DNA from: a plasmid
Direction: 5' to 3' (one strand)
Sequence record: NZ_CP120537.1
Length of the DNA: 64,000 nt
In this document: positions 1 to 8,582 of the stretch, piece by piece
How the letters are laid out: each line of letters begins with the position of its first letter
Position numbering within the stretch: position 1 is the first letter of the stretch
Translations under genes and position numbers: made by a program
The notes under the pieces: generated by a model
What the model saw: only the letters and a program-made list of their open reading frames with translations
Database searches by the model: none
Told to the model about the DNA's origin: nothing

Positions 1-66
1 ATCATTTAGTTATACTTAAATGGTATGTTGAAGGTTCTTAATGTAAGCATAAGATAATTTTTTAGA

Positions 67-114
67 AAATTTCGCTTGCGAAATTCATTGCATATCAATA
101 TTGATATGCAATGA
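67..114. promoter_or_regulatory. Nested palindromes upstream of parA: AATTTCGC-TT-GCGAAATT (~67-84) followed by a perfect 30-bp palindrome TCATTGCATATCAAT|ATTGATATGCAATGA (~85-114). Candidate operator or centromere-like site.
   Basis: Read directly from the sequence. The first element is a variant of the 16-bp palindrome that recurs three more times around the par operon. Confidence 0.4.
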
Positions 115-272
115 ATTTATGATATAATCCCCTCAAGATATGAATTTAGATTCATAGCTTTCAAAGATACATGAAGTTGTGTCTTTTTAGGCGAAACGCC
201 TGACTCATAGGAGTGGATATGAAAATTGATATTAATATAAGTATATTCTTGTCACACCACACCTTTCTCAAC

Positions 273-288
273 ATTTCGCATGCGAAAT
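273..288. promoter_or_regulatory. 16-bp perfect palindrome ATTTCGCATGCGAAAT at the parA translation-start region. Candidate ParB box or operator.
   Basis: Perfect palindrome, repeated at ~1966 and ~2953, with a variant at ~69. Confidence 0.4.
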
Positions 289-1167
289 ACTAAGGATTCT
301 AATATGGAACTCAAAACAGGAAAAAAACTTGGCAAGCTAATAGTAGTGTGCAGCCAGAAAGGTGGTGTAGTTAAGTCTCAATCTACTAATGAAATATCTT
401 TCAACTTGCAAAAAATGGGGTATTCAGTTCTAGAAATTGATGCGGATTGGACTACAGGGTTAACAGAACGTACCTTTCCGAATGAACTTCCATTGGAAAT
501 TGAAAAAGAACCATTAAAGCATGAGTTCACCCCTGGTGAGGCTAATACCTATCAATTGTTTTTTTCTAATACTGACATTAAACCGATAACTCTAGATGAT
601 GGACGTGACTTCATAGGCACAACGAGTGAACTTAATGAGGTTAACTATAGACACTCTGATTGTATGTTTGATTTCCGAGATCGTATATTAGAATTGAAGG
701 AAAAATATGATTTTATTTTTATAGACTCAGCCCCTTCATATTCTAATGTAATGGTAGCAAGTCATATGGCTGCTGATTATTTATTAATTCCAACCTTACT
801 AGAAAAACAATCAAGGAATGCTGTAGCTAAACAATTAACTTACATGCAAAAAATAAAGAAAAACTATAATCCATCGTTACAATTTTTGGGAACCTATGTG
901 ACTCAAGCTACAGTTGCGAACTATTCAAAACCACTTTTTGATGGTTATTTGGGGGCTGTGGATACTCATAACCTTAATATGCTAGTCGAAATACTTGAAG
1001 ATAAAGGTTATACCCAAGATTATATCTTAGCTTATATTTCGTTTGCTCAAGCAACAGCAAAAGAAGCTATAGAATTAGGTATGACATTTAAAGAATATGA
1101 GCCTAAATCTAAACCAGCAATTCAATATGAAGAATTAGCAAAACGAATTGTGAAACAGGTAGGATAA
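280..1167 (+). CDS. parA: ParA-family partition ATPase. The probable true start is the internal Met at ~304 (MELKTGKK).
   Basis: Deviant Walker A 'CSQKGGVVKS' near the N-terminus; ~290 aa; followed 6 nt later by a ParB-like gene. Confidence 0.8.
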   Translation: MRNTKDSNMELKTGKKLGKLIVVCSQKGGVVKSQSTNEISFNLQKMGYSVLEIDADWTTGLTERTFPNELPLEIEKEPLKHEFTPGEANTYQLFFSNTDIKPITLDDGRDFIGTTSELNEVNYRHSDCMFDFRDRILELKEKYDFIFIDSAPSYSNVMVASHMAADYLLIPTLLEKQSRNAVAKQLTYMQKIKKNYNPSLQFLGTYVTQATVANYSKPLFDGYLGAVDTHNLNMLVEILEDKGYTQDYILAYISFAQATAKEAIELGMTFKEYEPKSKPAIQYEELAKRIVKQVG

Positions 1168-1172
1168 ATTAA

Positions 1173-2183
1173 ATGGCTAAAAAACAATTTTTGAGTCGAC
1201 TACGTGATCAAAATCGTAAATCGGCAACCGAAGCAATTAACAAAGTTATTGAAACTAAGTCACCTAATGAGGAAATCAGAGATATTGCTGCTCACCAAAT
1301 TATGACTGATATTGCCCGCCCTGAATTAGAAACGGAAGGGCAAATAATTAGAGTTTCAATAGATGAAGTTTATGCAGAGAGTCAAGTTCGTCCAGAGGAA
1401 GATTTTGATGACTCCATAATAGAGGGAATGGCTGATACATTTAACACTGTAGGGATATTAACACCACCGCGTTGTTATCCAAAAGATAGGACTGGTTATA
1501 GGATTTGGATGGGTGAAACTCGTTGGCGAACAGCAAAAAAAAGAGGAGATACCTTTATTGATATTTATGTCGGTTCTCCACCCAAAAACGATAAATTTCG
1601 AATTATTGGTCAGTTGATAGAAAACCTACAACAATCCGGCCTTAAACCTTTAGCAACAGCAGTAGCATTTAATGAGCTTAAAACAGTTCATGGAATGACT
1701 GGAGAAGAAATAGCAAAAACTGTAGGTAAACCTACATCATTTGTGAGTAAACATTTAAAATTAATAAGTGCTCCTGAAAGTGTTACCACATTACTAAAAG
1801 ATAAAGTAACTTTAGATGTAGACTTAGCATATACACTTACTCAGATAAATGAAATTAACCCCAAAATTGCTGAAAAACTTGTTGAAAAAGCAAGAAAAAA
1901 TGGTGTTTCTCGTAATGAAGCAAAAGATGAATTAAGTAAAATAAAAAATAGAGATAAAGAAAAAATTTCGCATGCGAAATCAAAACAAGTTTCTCATTCA
2001 AAATCTCAAGTTAATACAAATGATGTGTGGCATGTTCAGGTGGAGTTTGATAACAAGATAGGTATTATTCTCACGGATAAAAAGCCTGAAAGTGACGGGG
2101 TTGTATGGGTAAAGCTTGAAAATAGCATCAACTCTGTCAATGTTGATAAATTAATAGTAAAAGGGTTAGTACAGATCAAATGA
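1173..2183 (+). CDS. parB: ParB-like partition protein.
   Basis: Operon partner of parA; motif 'MGETRWRTAKKRG' resembles the ParB GERRxRA box; the 16-bp palindrome lies inside its 3' end. Confidence 0.65.
   Translation: MAKKQFLSRLRDQNRKSATEAINKVIETKSPNEEIRDIAAHQIMTDIARPELETEGQIIRVSIDEVYAESQVRPEEDFDDSIIEGMADTFNTVGILTPPRCYPKDRTGYRIWMGETRWRTAKKRGDTFIDIYVGSPPKNDKFRIIGQLIENLQQSGLKPLATAVAFNELKTVHGMTGEEIAKTVGKPTSFVSKHLKLISAPESVTTLLKDKVTLDVDLAYTLTQINEINPKIAEKLVEKARKNGVSRNEAKDELSKIKNRDKEKISHAKSKQVSHSKSQVNTNDVWHVQVEFDNKIGIILTDKKPESDGVVWVKLENSINSVNVDKLIVKGLVQIK
1966..1981. promoter_or_regulatory. Copy of the 16-bp palindrome ATTTCGCATGCGAAAT, inside the parB coding sequence.
   Basis: Exact repeat of the palindrome at 273-288. 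Confidence 0.35.
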
Positions 2184-2620
2184 TAGGTACGCCATTTTCA
2201 ACTATGGCCACAGAGTTTCGTGGCCAGATTATTAAAACATGGTTATTGCAAATATCTGGTACAGCAACAGAAAAATCAAAAATATTATGTCAAACAGCTA
2301 TTGAACTCGGTCTTACTGAAAGGTCTAAATCAATTCCAGGTTCTGCATTAATCCAATGGACAAAAACAACACCGACAAACACGCCACTTTGGGCTGCACA
2401 AAGCGCTCTTCTATTATTATTTGCTAATGAATGGAAACCAAGCACACATGTAGAATGGTGCGGAATGGCATCTCTATTACAACGGTTATATAAGAAAAAT
2501 AGTATAGCTGAGATGTTAAGTTATCTACCTAAACATATAAATAAAGATATTGCAGCAGGCTGGATTACTGCAGCCATAGAGGAAGATGCAAATTTTAGAA
2601 GGCATAAAAAAAGAAAATGA
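2180..2620 (+). CDS. Hypothetical protein, 146 aa.
   Basis: ORF with overlapping stop/start (ATGA) to parB and to the next ORF. Confidence 0.45.
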   Translation: MIGTPFSTMATEFRGQIIKTWLLQISGTATEKSKILCQTAIELGLTERSKSIPGSALIQWTKTTPTNTPLWAAQSALLLLFANEWKPSTHVEWCGMASLLQRLYKKNSIAEMLSYLPKHINKDIAAGWITAAIEEDANFRRHKKRK

Positions 2621-2946
2621 CTTTTTCGGGACTAGAAAAAATAATTACATCTTCAGGACGTCGTTCAATATCATCATCCTTGCTAGCATATTTACTTGAT
2701 GCTTTTGATAACGGATTCGATGGTATTGATCTTGATTTGTTCCAATCAAATACTGGTTATGTAAGGACAAATATAACTCAAGTTGCAAACTATCTAAAAG
2801 ATAAAGGAATCATTTTAATATACTACTATAGAGATCAAGGTGACAAAAATAACCGAGATTATATTGAGGAGAACATTTTTGGACGGTGGGGTAAGCAGCA
2901 TTATAAATTAACATCTGATGTATTACGTTTGTATAGAAGGAATTAG
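2617..2946 (+). CDS. Hypothetical protein, 109 aa.
   Basis: ORF, translationally coupled to the upstream ORF. Confidence 0.45.
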   Translation: MTFSGLEKIITSSGRRSISSSLLAYLLDAFDNGFDGIDLDLFQSNTGYVRTNITQVANYLKDKGIILIYYYRDQGDKNNRDYIEENIFGRWGKQHYKLTSDVLRLYRRN

Positions 2947-2952
2947 AAAACC

Positions 2953-2968
2953 ATTTCGCATGCGAAAT
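2953..2968. promoter_or_regulatory. Copy of the 16-bp palindrome ATTTCGCATGCGAAAT at the end of the par operon.
   Basis: Exact repeat. Followed by a second palindrome, TGTGAATTATAAATTCACA, at ~2975-2993. Confidence 0.35.
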
Positions 2969-3027
2969 AGTAGATGTGAATTATAAATTCACATGTTTGT
3001 TTTTTAAAATGGAGTAAAGTATACTTA

Positions 3028-3047
3028 TACTGTGTATTTATACAGTA
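3028..3047. promoter_or_regulatory. LexA (SOS) box TACTGTGTATTTATACAGTA.
   Basis: Matches CTGT-N8-ACAG, ~10 bp upstream of the umuD-like start. Confidence 0.7.
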
Positions 3048-3057
3048 TTGGTGCCCT

Positions 3058-3441
3058 ATGCAAATTCCTATTTTCGAGAGTCTAGTTGCCTGTGGTTTTC
3101 CCAGTCCCGCTCAAGACTACGTCGAACGTCGTTTATCGCTCGATGCTGAACTTATTCGCTATCCTGAAAGCACCTATTTTCTTCGTGCTTCAGGGGATTC
3201 GATGAAGGATGCGGGGATTTTTGACGGTGACTTATTAGTCGTTGAAAGTCACCTTACTGCCAGTCATGGGGAAATTGTAGTCGCCGAATACAATGGTGAA
3301 TTCACCTGTAAGTACCTGCAAATCACACCGACTAAAGCGCTTATTCCCGCTAACAGCCAATTTCCCTCTATCCCCATCAATGACGATACGGACGTGCAAA
3401 TTTTCGGTGTCGTTCGTTATGCCGTGCATACCTGTCGGTGA
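3058..3441 (+). CDS. umuD: UmuD/RumA/MucA-family SOS mutagenesis protein (LexA-like S24 peptidase).
   Basis: Has the '[11 protein letters not shown]' Ser-Lys dyad region; 127 aa; LexA box upstream; immediately followed by umuC. Confidence 0.85.
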   Translation: MQIPIFESLVACGFPSPAQDYVERRLSLDAELIRYPESTYFLRASGDSMKDAGIFDGDLLVVESHLTASHGEIVVAEYNGEFTCKYLQITPTKALIPANSQFPSIPINDDTDVQIFGVVRYAVHTCR

Positions 3442-3446
3442 AAGAT

Positions 3447-3672
3447 ATGTTTGCGCTCATCGATGTTAATTCCATGTACACCGCCTGTGAATCTGTCTTT
3501 AGGCCTGATTTAAAAGGAAAGCCAATTATTTGCCTTTCGAATAACGATGGGTGCGTCATTGCGCGTTCAGCTGAAGCGAAACCTTATATCCGCATGGGAG
3601 CGCCTTATTTTGAAATCAAACAGATAATCAAACAAAAGCAAGTAGTTGTATTTTCTTCAAATTATCCACTTA
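3447..3672 (+). pseudogene. umuC: 5' fragment of a umuC/rumB-like Y-family polymerase gene, truncated by an insertion.
   Basis: '[45 protein letters not shown]...FSSNYPL' matches the UmuC N-terminus, then diverges after ~3672 and stops. Confidence 0.8.
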
Positions 3673-4223
3673 CAGTTGGGAAATACTTTAGACATCACAT
3701 GTTGTAATGTTTCAGGTTGTATAAATTAGACGTCGAGATGAGGGGCGGTTACAATTTTTACTATTGGTTAAGAAATATCTTGAAAAAGTAGATGTATGAA
3801 CGCGTAACCCCCTGGGGGAAGGCTTAGCAGTGTGAATAACGGATGATTTAGGTGTTAATGTGATTGAACAAAATAGGTCGTTTCCAGATGACTTCGGCTT
3901 TGACTATTGTCTTATGTGGATTAGTACGGAGAAATATCCCTCATTTATAAGTAGGCCACACCCTGACAGTGGCGAGGTCATCCTAGTCTGGACTCAACCT
4001 GTCAAATTCAAATCACGATGCAATTAGGTCCGACAGGTTGCTCTAACTCACCTCTGCCCCTAAGTGTGTTGTGAGCGTTTAAATACATTTCACCAAAGCA
4101 CCATTTGACTTACTTTTTGTAATACCAGTAATTTGTCTACACAAACGGGTGACTTAACTTTCAGAATTTAAGACACAAGATGTTGTTCTTGGTATCATAA
4201 AAAAAATAAGAAAAAGGACTAAA

Positions 4224-5210
4224 TTGATGACTCAAATTAATAAAATGGCATTCAGCATAGGTAATGATGATATTGATTTATACCTTACGGCAATGAAGGC
4301 TAGTGAAATTTTGCAAGTTGCCACAGTTTCTCGAGTAGATGAGGATGCACAAAAGGGGTATCAGCGTCATTTGTCAGAACCACGAGCTAAGCTGATCGCG
4401 GAATATTTAGATTCAGGGAATCTAATCCCAGGGGCCGTAATTCTGAGTGCTCAAGAAAACTCAGTTATATCATTCAGTAATTCTGAATTATCGATGGAAC
4501 TGATTCCTAACTCTTTATTCGTTATTGATGGTCAGCATCGATTATATGGCGCTCATTTGGCAGAGCAAGATATTGAACTACCCGTGTGTATTTTTAAAGG
4601 TTTAGAACACACTAACGAAGTTCAATACTTTATAGATATAAACTCTAACCAGAAAGGCGTGCCTAAAACACTTCGTCTTGAGTTGTTAAAGTTTTTGGCT
4701 GAAGAGGACTCGCTCGATGCTGTTAGAGCCCGATTATTCGATGAGCTTGGAAATGAGCCTGATTCTCCCCTTTACGGAAAACTCAGTGCAACCTCTAGTT
4801 CTAGAGGTAAAATCTCGCATGTTCCATTTCAAGCAGCCTTAGACCCTATATTGAAAGTTCATCCATTATCTAGCTTGGCTTACGATGATAAAAAACGTCT
4901 ATTATCAAACTATACCTCCGCTGTACAAGGTGTTCTTGAAAGCACATTAGGGAGCAGCGAAAAGCTAACTACAGCAGCATATTTTGAAGCTGTATTTAGC
5001 ATCTTTGGACAAGTTTGCGGCCTTTCAATGATGTATTCAAAAAGCTACTCTGCCTCCGCACTAAAGGAAGTCTTAGAAGGTTTAAAACCATTCAACTTTG
5101 CTATTCATACAGGCACAAACCGTGATGCTATCAAGAAAATGAGTGATGAAATGCAAGAGCTAATTGAAATTCATAGCCACAAACTTGGCTCGGTTCAAGA
5201 TTTGTTTTAA
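4224..5210 (+). CDS. DGQHR-domain protein (DndB-like, ParB/Srx-fold), 328 aa.
   Basis: Motifs 'AQKGYQRHL' and 'VIDGQHRLYGAHLAE'; TTG start with an RBS. Confidence 0.75.
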   Translation: MMTQINKMAFSIGNDDIDLYLTAMKASEILQVATVSRVDEDAQKGYQRHLSEPRAKLIAEYLDSGNLIPGAVILSAQENSVISFSNSELSMELIPNSLFVIDGQHRLYGAHLAEQDIELPVCIFKGLEHTNEVQYFIDINSNQKGVPKTLRLELLKFLAEEDSLDAVRARLFDELGNEPDSPLYGKLSATSSSRGKISHVPFQAALDPILKVHPLSSLAYDDKKRLLSNYTSAVQGVLESTLGSSEKLTTAAYFEAVFSIFGQVCGLSMMYSKSYSASALKEVLEGLKPFNFAIHTGTNRDAIKKMSDEMQELIEIHSHKLGSVQDLF

Positions 5211-5212
5211 TC

Positions 5213-6097
5213 ATGATCAGTTCTGAAATATCAAAGGAAGTATTAGGCAGGCTTACTTCACTGGGATTCCAAAGAAGTGATAAGCCATCAAGTTATTCGA
5301 TGGCTAATAGCTTCAAAAAAGCCCTAGTTAGCTCTATTGTCGATATAGATGTTCAAGTGATCAACTCAAGCCGCCTTGAGGTTACCATGCCGAAGAGTGA
5401 CTATCTAAATGCAATTCTAACGGACTTTCACTTTGGAAAAGTTCGTGTAGAAAACCAAATTAAACACTTAACTGAACAGGTTAATGGTGATCTACAAGCT
5501 GCATGGTGTGTTGTTACAACTTATTATGCTTGCTACTTCATGTGCAATGAGATTTCAAGGATTGCAGGAAAATTCATAACCAACCTGACAGAAGAAGATC
5601 AAACCCGATTATTAAGTGCAGCTCAAGCAGGTACATCATCGATGTTTAACATTGATGGCCCAAGTAGCTTTGCTGTAATGGCTTCTCAAGGTAATAATTT
5701 TAATGAAATTAAACTAGATATCATTAAAACGGGAGCTAGACCTCATCAAGTCGCTTGGACAAATGTAAGTAGCCTAATCAATCCTATAAAAGTATCGGAT
5801 AAACACAATACAGCATGTCAACTGCTAAAGGATATTGTATCTTCATCTAATGACAGGTGGGCTTTACCTAGCGCAATTAGAAATGAGTGGAACTACAGTG
5901 CACCTAGTCTTTATGGAGATTCTGGTACTGATATTGGAAAGAATTTTTTATCCCTTATGAAGCAAGGGTCTTCAGTTAAGTGGGCTTCAAAAATAGGTAT
6001 TCAACCCCATGAAAATAACCGTGTTGCTGCGTTAGCATATGTATATGATTGCTTAAGTGGTGCGTATCAGTTGATCGATGGGCGCTTAAACAGTTGA
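5213..6097 (+). CDS. Hypothetical protein, 294 aa, partner of the DGQHR protein; no recognisable domain.
   Basis: Starts 3 nt after the DGQHR gene stop; the two are co-inserted. Confidence 0.7.
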   Translation: MISSEISKEVLGRLTSLGFQRSDKPSSYSMANSFKKALVSSIVDIDVQVINSSRLEVTMPKSDYLNAILTDFHFGKVRVENQIKHLTEQVNGDLQAAWCVVTTYYACYFMCNEISRIAGKFITNLTEEDQTRLLSAAQAGTSSMFNIDGPSSFAVMASQGNNFNEIKLDIIKTGARPHQVAWTNVSSLINPIKVSDKHNTACQLLKDIVSSSNDRWALPSAIRNEWNYSAPSLYGDSGTDIGKNFLSLMKQGSSVKWASKIGIQPHENNRVAALAYVYDCLSGAYQLIDGRLNS

Positions 6098-6501
6098 AGC
6101 AAACCAATATTGGCCATTGAGCGGTTCAGTAGTTTTGAATACCCTATCAGTGAGCACCATCATCAAAGCGAGTGAAATTTCCATACTTTATCTAATTCAT
6201 GTTTTTCTAAATTAGCTAAAATGCAACTCAGAAATGTCCAGAAGTGAGTTGTGTGGTGTCGAGTGGAGATTGTACGATTAAGCCCCTAAGTAATTAGTCC
6301 GTCAGTCTCCCTCGGTAATCAAATTAGTACATCTTAGCGATCAAATTGGTAAAAAATTAGACATGTAGATGAATGCCCACCTTAAAAAATAGACAGCGGG
6401 TTGGGCAGGGGGATTTTTCTGGTGTTAGACGCCAGCAACCCATGCGGCAGAATGGTTGCTCACTTACTCGCCTATTTTTAGCGGGAATTCTTAGCCAACT
6501 G

Positions 6502-7554
6502 TACCCGCTTTATGCCGATTTTAGTAACCGGTTTATGGCGGTAGTCGCTCAAATTGTGCCTCAAATTGAGGTTTACAGTATTGACGAATGTTTTTGTAAC
6601 CTGACAGGCATGGATACGTTGTATTCCTGGCATGAGCTTGGCCATAAATTAAAAGAGGATGTATTCCGGTGTGCTCACTTGCCTGTAGGAGTGGGGATTT
6701 CCAGTACCAAAACGCTAGCTAAACTCGCAAATCACGCCGCCAAAACATGGAAAAAAACAGGTGGAGTTGTCGATTTAAGTGCGCCCAGTCGTCAGAAAAA
6801 ACTCATGGCACTCGTGCCAGTAGGGGATGTTTGGGGAATTGGCCGTAAACTGGCAAAACGCTTAAATCAAAGTGGGATAGAAACTGCCTTGGATTTAAGT
6901 CGGCTGCCAACGTCCCAGGCGCGTAGACTGTATTCCGTCGTTTTAGAGCGAACGGTACGAGAGTTGAACGGGGAGTCCTGTCTTCAGCTGGAAGAAATCG
7001 CACCCGCCAAGCAACAAATTATTTGCTCTCGTTCGTTTGGCCATAAAGTCATGGACTACGAGTTAGTTCGCCAATCAGTGTGCGCATTTGCCGAACGTGC
7101 AGCAGAAAAACTACGTGAAGAAAAACAGTATTGTCGGTTAGTCACATTGTGGGTACAGAGTAGCCACTTTTCCCATCATGACCCGTACTATTATCGACAA
7201 GAAACCCAAGCCTTGGTTTATCCTACCCAAGATACGCGCGAGATTATTCAGGCGGCTGTCGCTTTGTTTGACCGACTTTGGCTTCCGAATGTGAAATACA
7301 GTAAAAGTGGGATATTGCTCAGTGAGTTTACCCCTTCAGGGCAAGTGCAACTGAATTTGTTTGAAAGTGGCCATAGTTTTCGTAAAAGTGGTGAGTTAAT
7401 GCGGACAATTGACCGGATTAATCGAGGAAAAGGCGCTATCTGGTTTGCAGGCCAGGGAATACAATCGCAATCCGCTTTATGGAAAATGAAGCAGCAATTT
7501 CTATCACCCCGCTGGACAACTCAATTGTCGGATATTCCCATCGTAAAATGCTAA
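6502..7554 (+). pseudogene. umuC: 3' portion of the umuC/rumB-like gene, downstream of the insertion.
   Basis: '...YADFSNRFMAVVAQIVPQIEVYSIDECFCNLTG...TKTLAKLANHAAK...' is collinear with the rest of UmuC. The ORF-track N-terminus (6373-6501) is insertion sequence read in frame. Confidence 0.8.
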
Positions 7555-7876
7555 TCATCAAGTGATGCTTTTTTAAACAGCTCTGATATTCATTCATTAA
7601 TCAAACCATTATCCTTGTTATTAACAGGGCTATTTCAAGTTATCCACTGATTTTGTGGATACGCCCATTTTGAGTTTTGGGGCAACGGCTTTATTTTGGC
7701 GTTGAGCCAGTATTAAGCCGAACGCCGGATTGACCCCATTTACACACAGTTGGCGCAGGTTCCCCGTACACTCTCGTTCTCGCGCCTGTTTGGGGCGCGC
7801 TCACTGGCTCGCCAAATGTGGAAAATGGGGACAACCGGCTTGAAAGGTCAACCGCTGCGCCTTTTACCGTTTTCAA

Positions 7877-8287
7877 CGTGGCGCAAAGGGCAGGGGTGCA
7901 GCTCCCTGCGGGACCGCCCCTGGTTCACTGCTTAGCTGCGCTAAGCGTTAATGGCGACTTGCCGTTCGCTTCTCTCGCTGCAAGTCGGGTGCTGCCATTT
8001 TCATCACCTGTGTGATTAATCTTTCATCGAGCCCCTCCGCTTGGCCTAAAACATAGCCTCATCTCGTCATACAGCAAGCGTAAAGTGCACTCCACCAAAA
8101 TTCTTGTCGCTGCGCTTTCCAACAATTTTGTCTCCGCCCTTGCTTCCTTCCTCGTCTCGGCTATGTACGGCCTTTGCAGCGGAGGAACTCGACGAAAGAA
8201 ATCATTAATACAAAGGAGGATTAAAAAATGTCATCACATCAAAACCTTGCAGCTCCAGAATCTAACGAAAGAAGGGTTAAAACCCCA
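7877..8287 (+). repeat. Copy A of a ~400-bp direct repeat with an internal palindrome GCAGCTCCC-TGC-GGGAGCTGC. Frpo/ssi-like single-strand promoter candidate.
   Basis: ~85-90% identical to 14547-14946; both sit immediately upstream of leading-region genes and extend into their first codons. Confidence 0.6.
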
Positions 8288-8518
8288 CTGACGCATGAGC
8301 AGAAAGCGGATTTATTGCATTACATTGCGCCATTAACACGGTTATTGGAGTTATTCGAGGGGGGTATTTCACCGGAGTTATACGACGAAGAAATCACGCT
8401 GCACAGTGATGCGTTCGATTCCAACAGTATTTTTATGAAAGACGGCTATCCGATTGGCTTTAGTGACAATTTAAACAACATGTTCTATCTGCGTCCTGAA
8501 CTGATTCAGGCTTCTTAG
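8228..8518 (+). CDS. Hypothetical leading-region protein, 96 aa.
   Basis: ORF immediately after repeat copy A; N-terminus 'M..QNLAA.ESNER' is shared with the ardB-like gene because of the repeat. Confidence 0.5.
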   Translation: MSSHQNLAAPESNERRVKTPLTHEQKADLLHYIAPLTRLLELFEGGISPELYDEEITLHSDAFDSNSIFMKDGYPIGFSDNLNNMFYLRPELIQAS

Positions 8519-8582
8519 GTACTAAGGGAGTTCATGAGCCTCCCTTAGCAAAGACACATTAAAAACAATAGAGGTATCAATT

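Larger units (their letters stand above)
3673..6501 (+). mobile_element. ~2.83-kb insertion in umuC. Terminal inverted repeats ACAGTTGG ... CCAACTGT, flanked by an imperfect direct repeat TATCCACTT / TACCCGCTT. No transposase. Cargo is two genes.
   Basis: UmuC reading frame resumes at 6502 (YPLYADFSNRFM...). Ends read directly. Confidence 0.6.

Noticed and set aside
2975-2993. Palindrome TGTGAATTATAAATTCACA considered as the LexA box for umuDC.
   Set aside because: It does not fit CTGT-N8-ACAG. The canonical box TACTGTGTATTTATACAGTA lies 35 bp downstream.
3235-3559. Minus-strand ORFs 3235-3429 and 3377-3559 (also 6803-7003, 14159-14407, 15539-15874, 25524-25797 and similar).
   Set aside because: They are embedded antisense within well-supported genes (umuD/umuC, tra genes, methylase) and have no independent signals.
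3830-4080. GC-rich segment inside the umuC insertion checked for a tRNA or integration (att) site; whole window also checked for CRISPR arrays.
   Set aside because: No cloverleaf-compatible pairing or conserved T-loop was seen. No regularly spaced direct repeats with unique spacers anywhere in the window.
6373-6501. N-terminal 43 aa of the ORF-track entry 6373-7554 (MPTLKNRQRV...).
   Set aside because: This is insertion-element sequence read in the umuC frame, not a new start. The region is the 3' part of a disrupted gene.
7691-8291. Short ORFs (7691-7876 minus, 7750-7935, 7818-8015, 8085-8291) and their counterparts at 14520-14898.
   Set aside because: They lie inside the two Frpo-like direct repeats, overlap one another on both strands, and are conserved only because the DNA repeat is conserved. 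Treated as noncoding.
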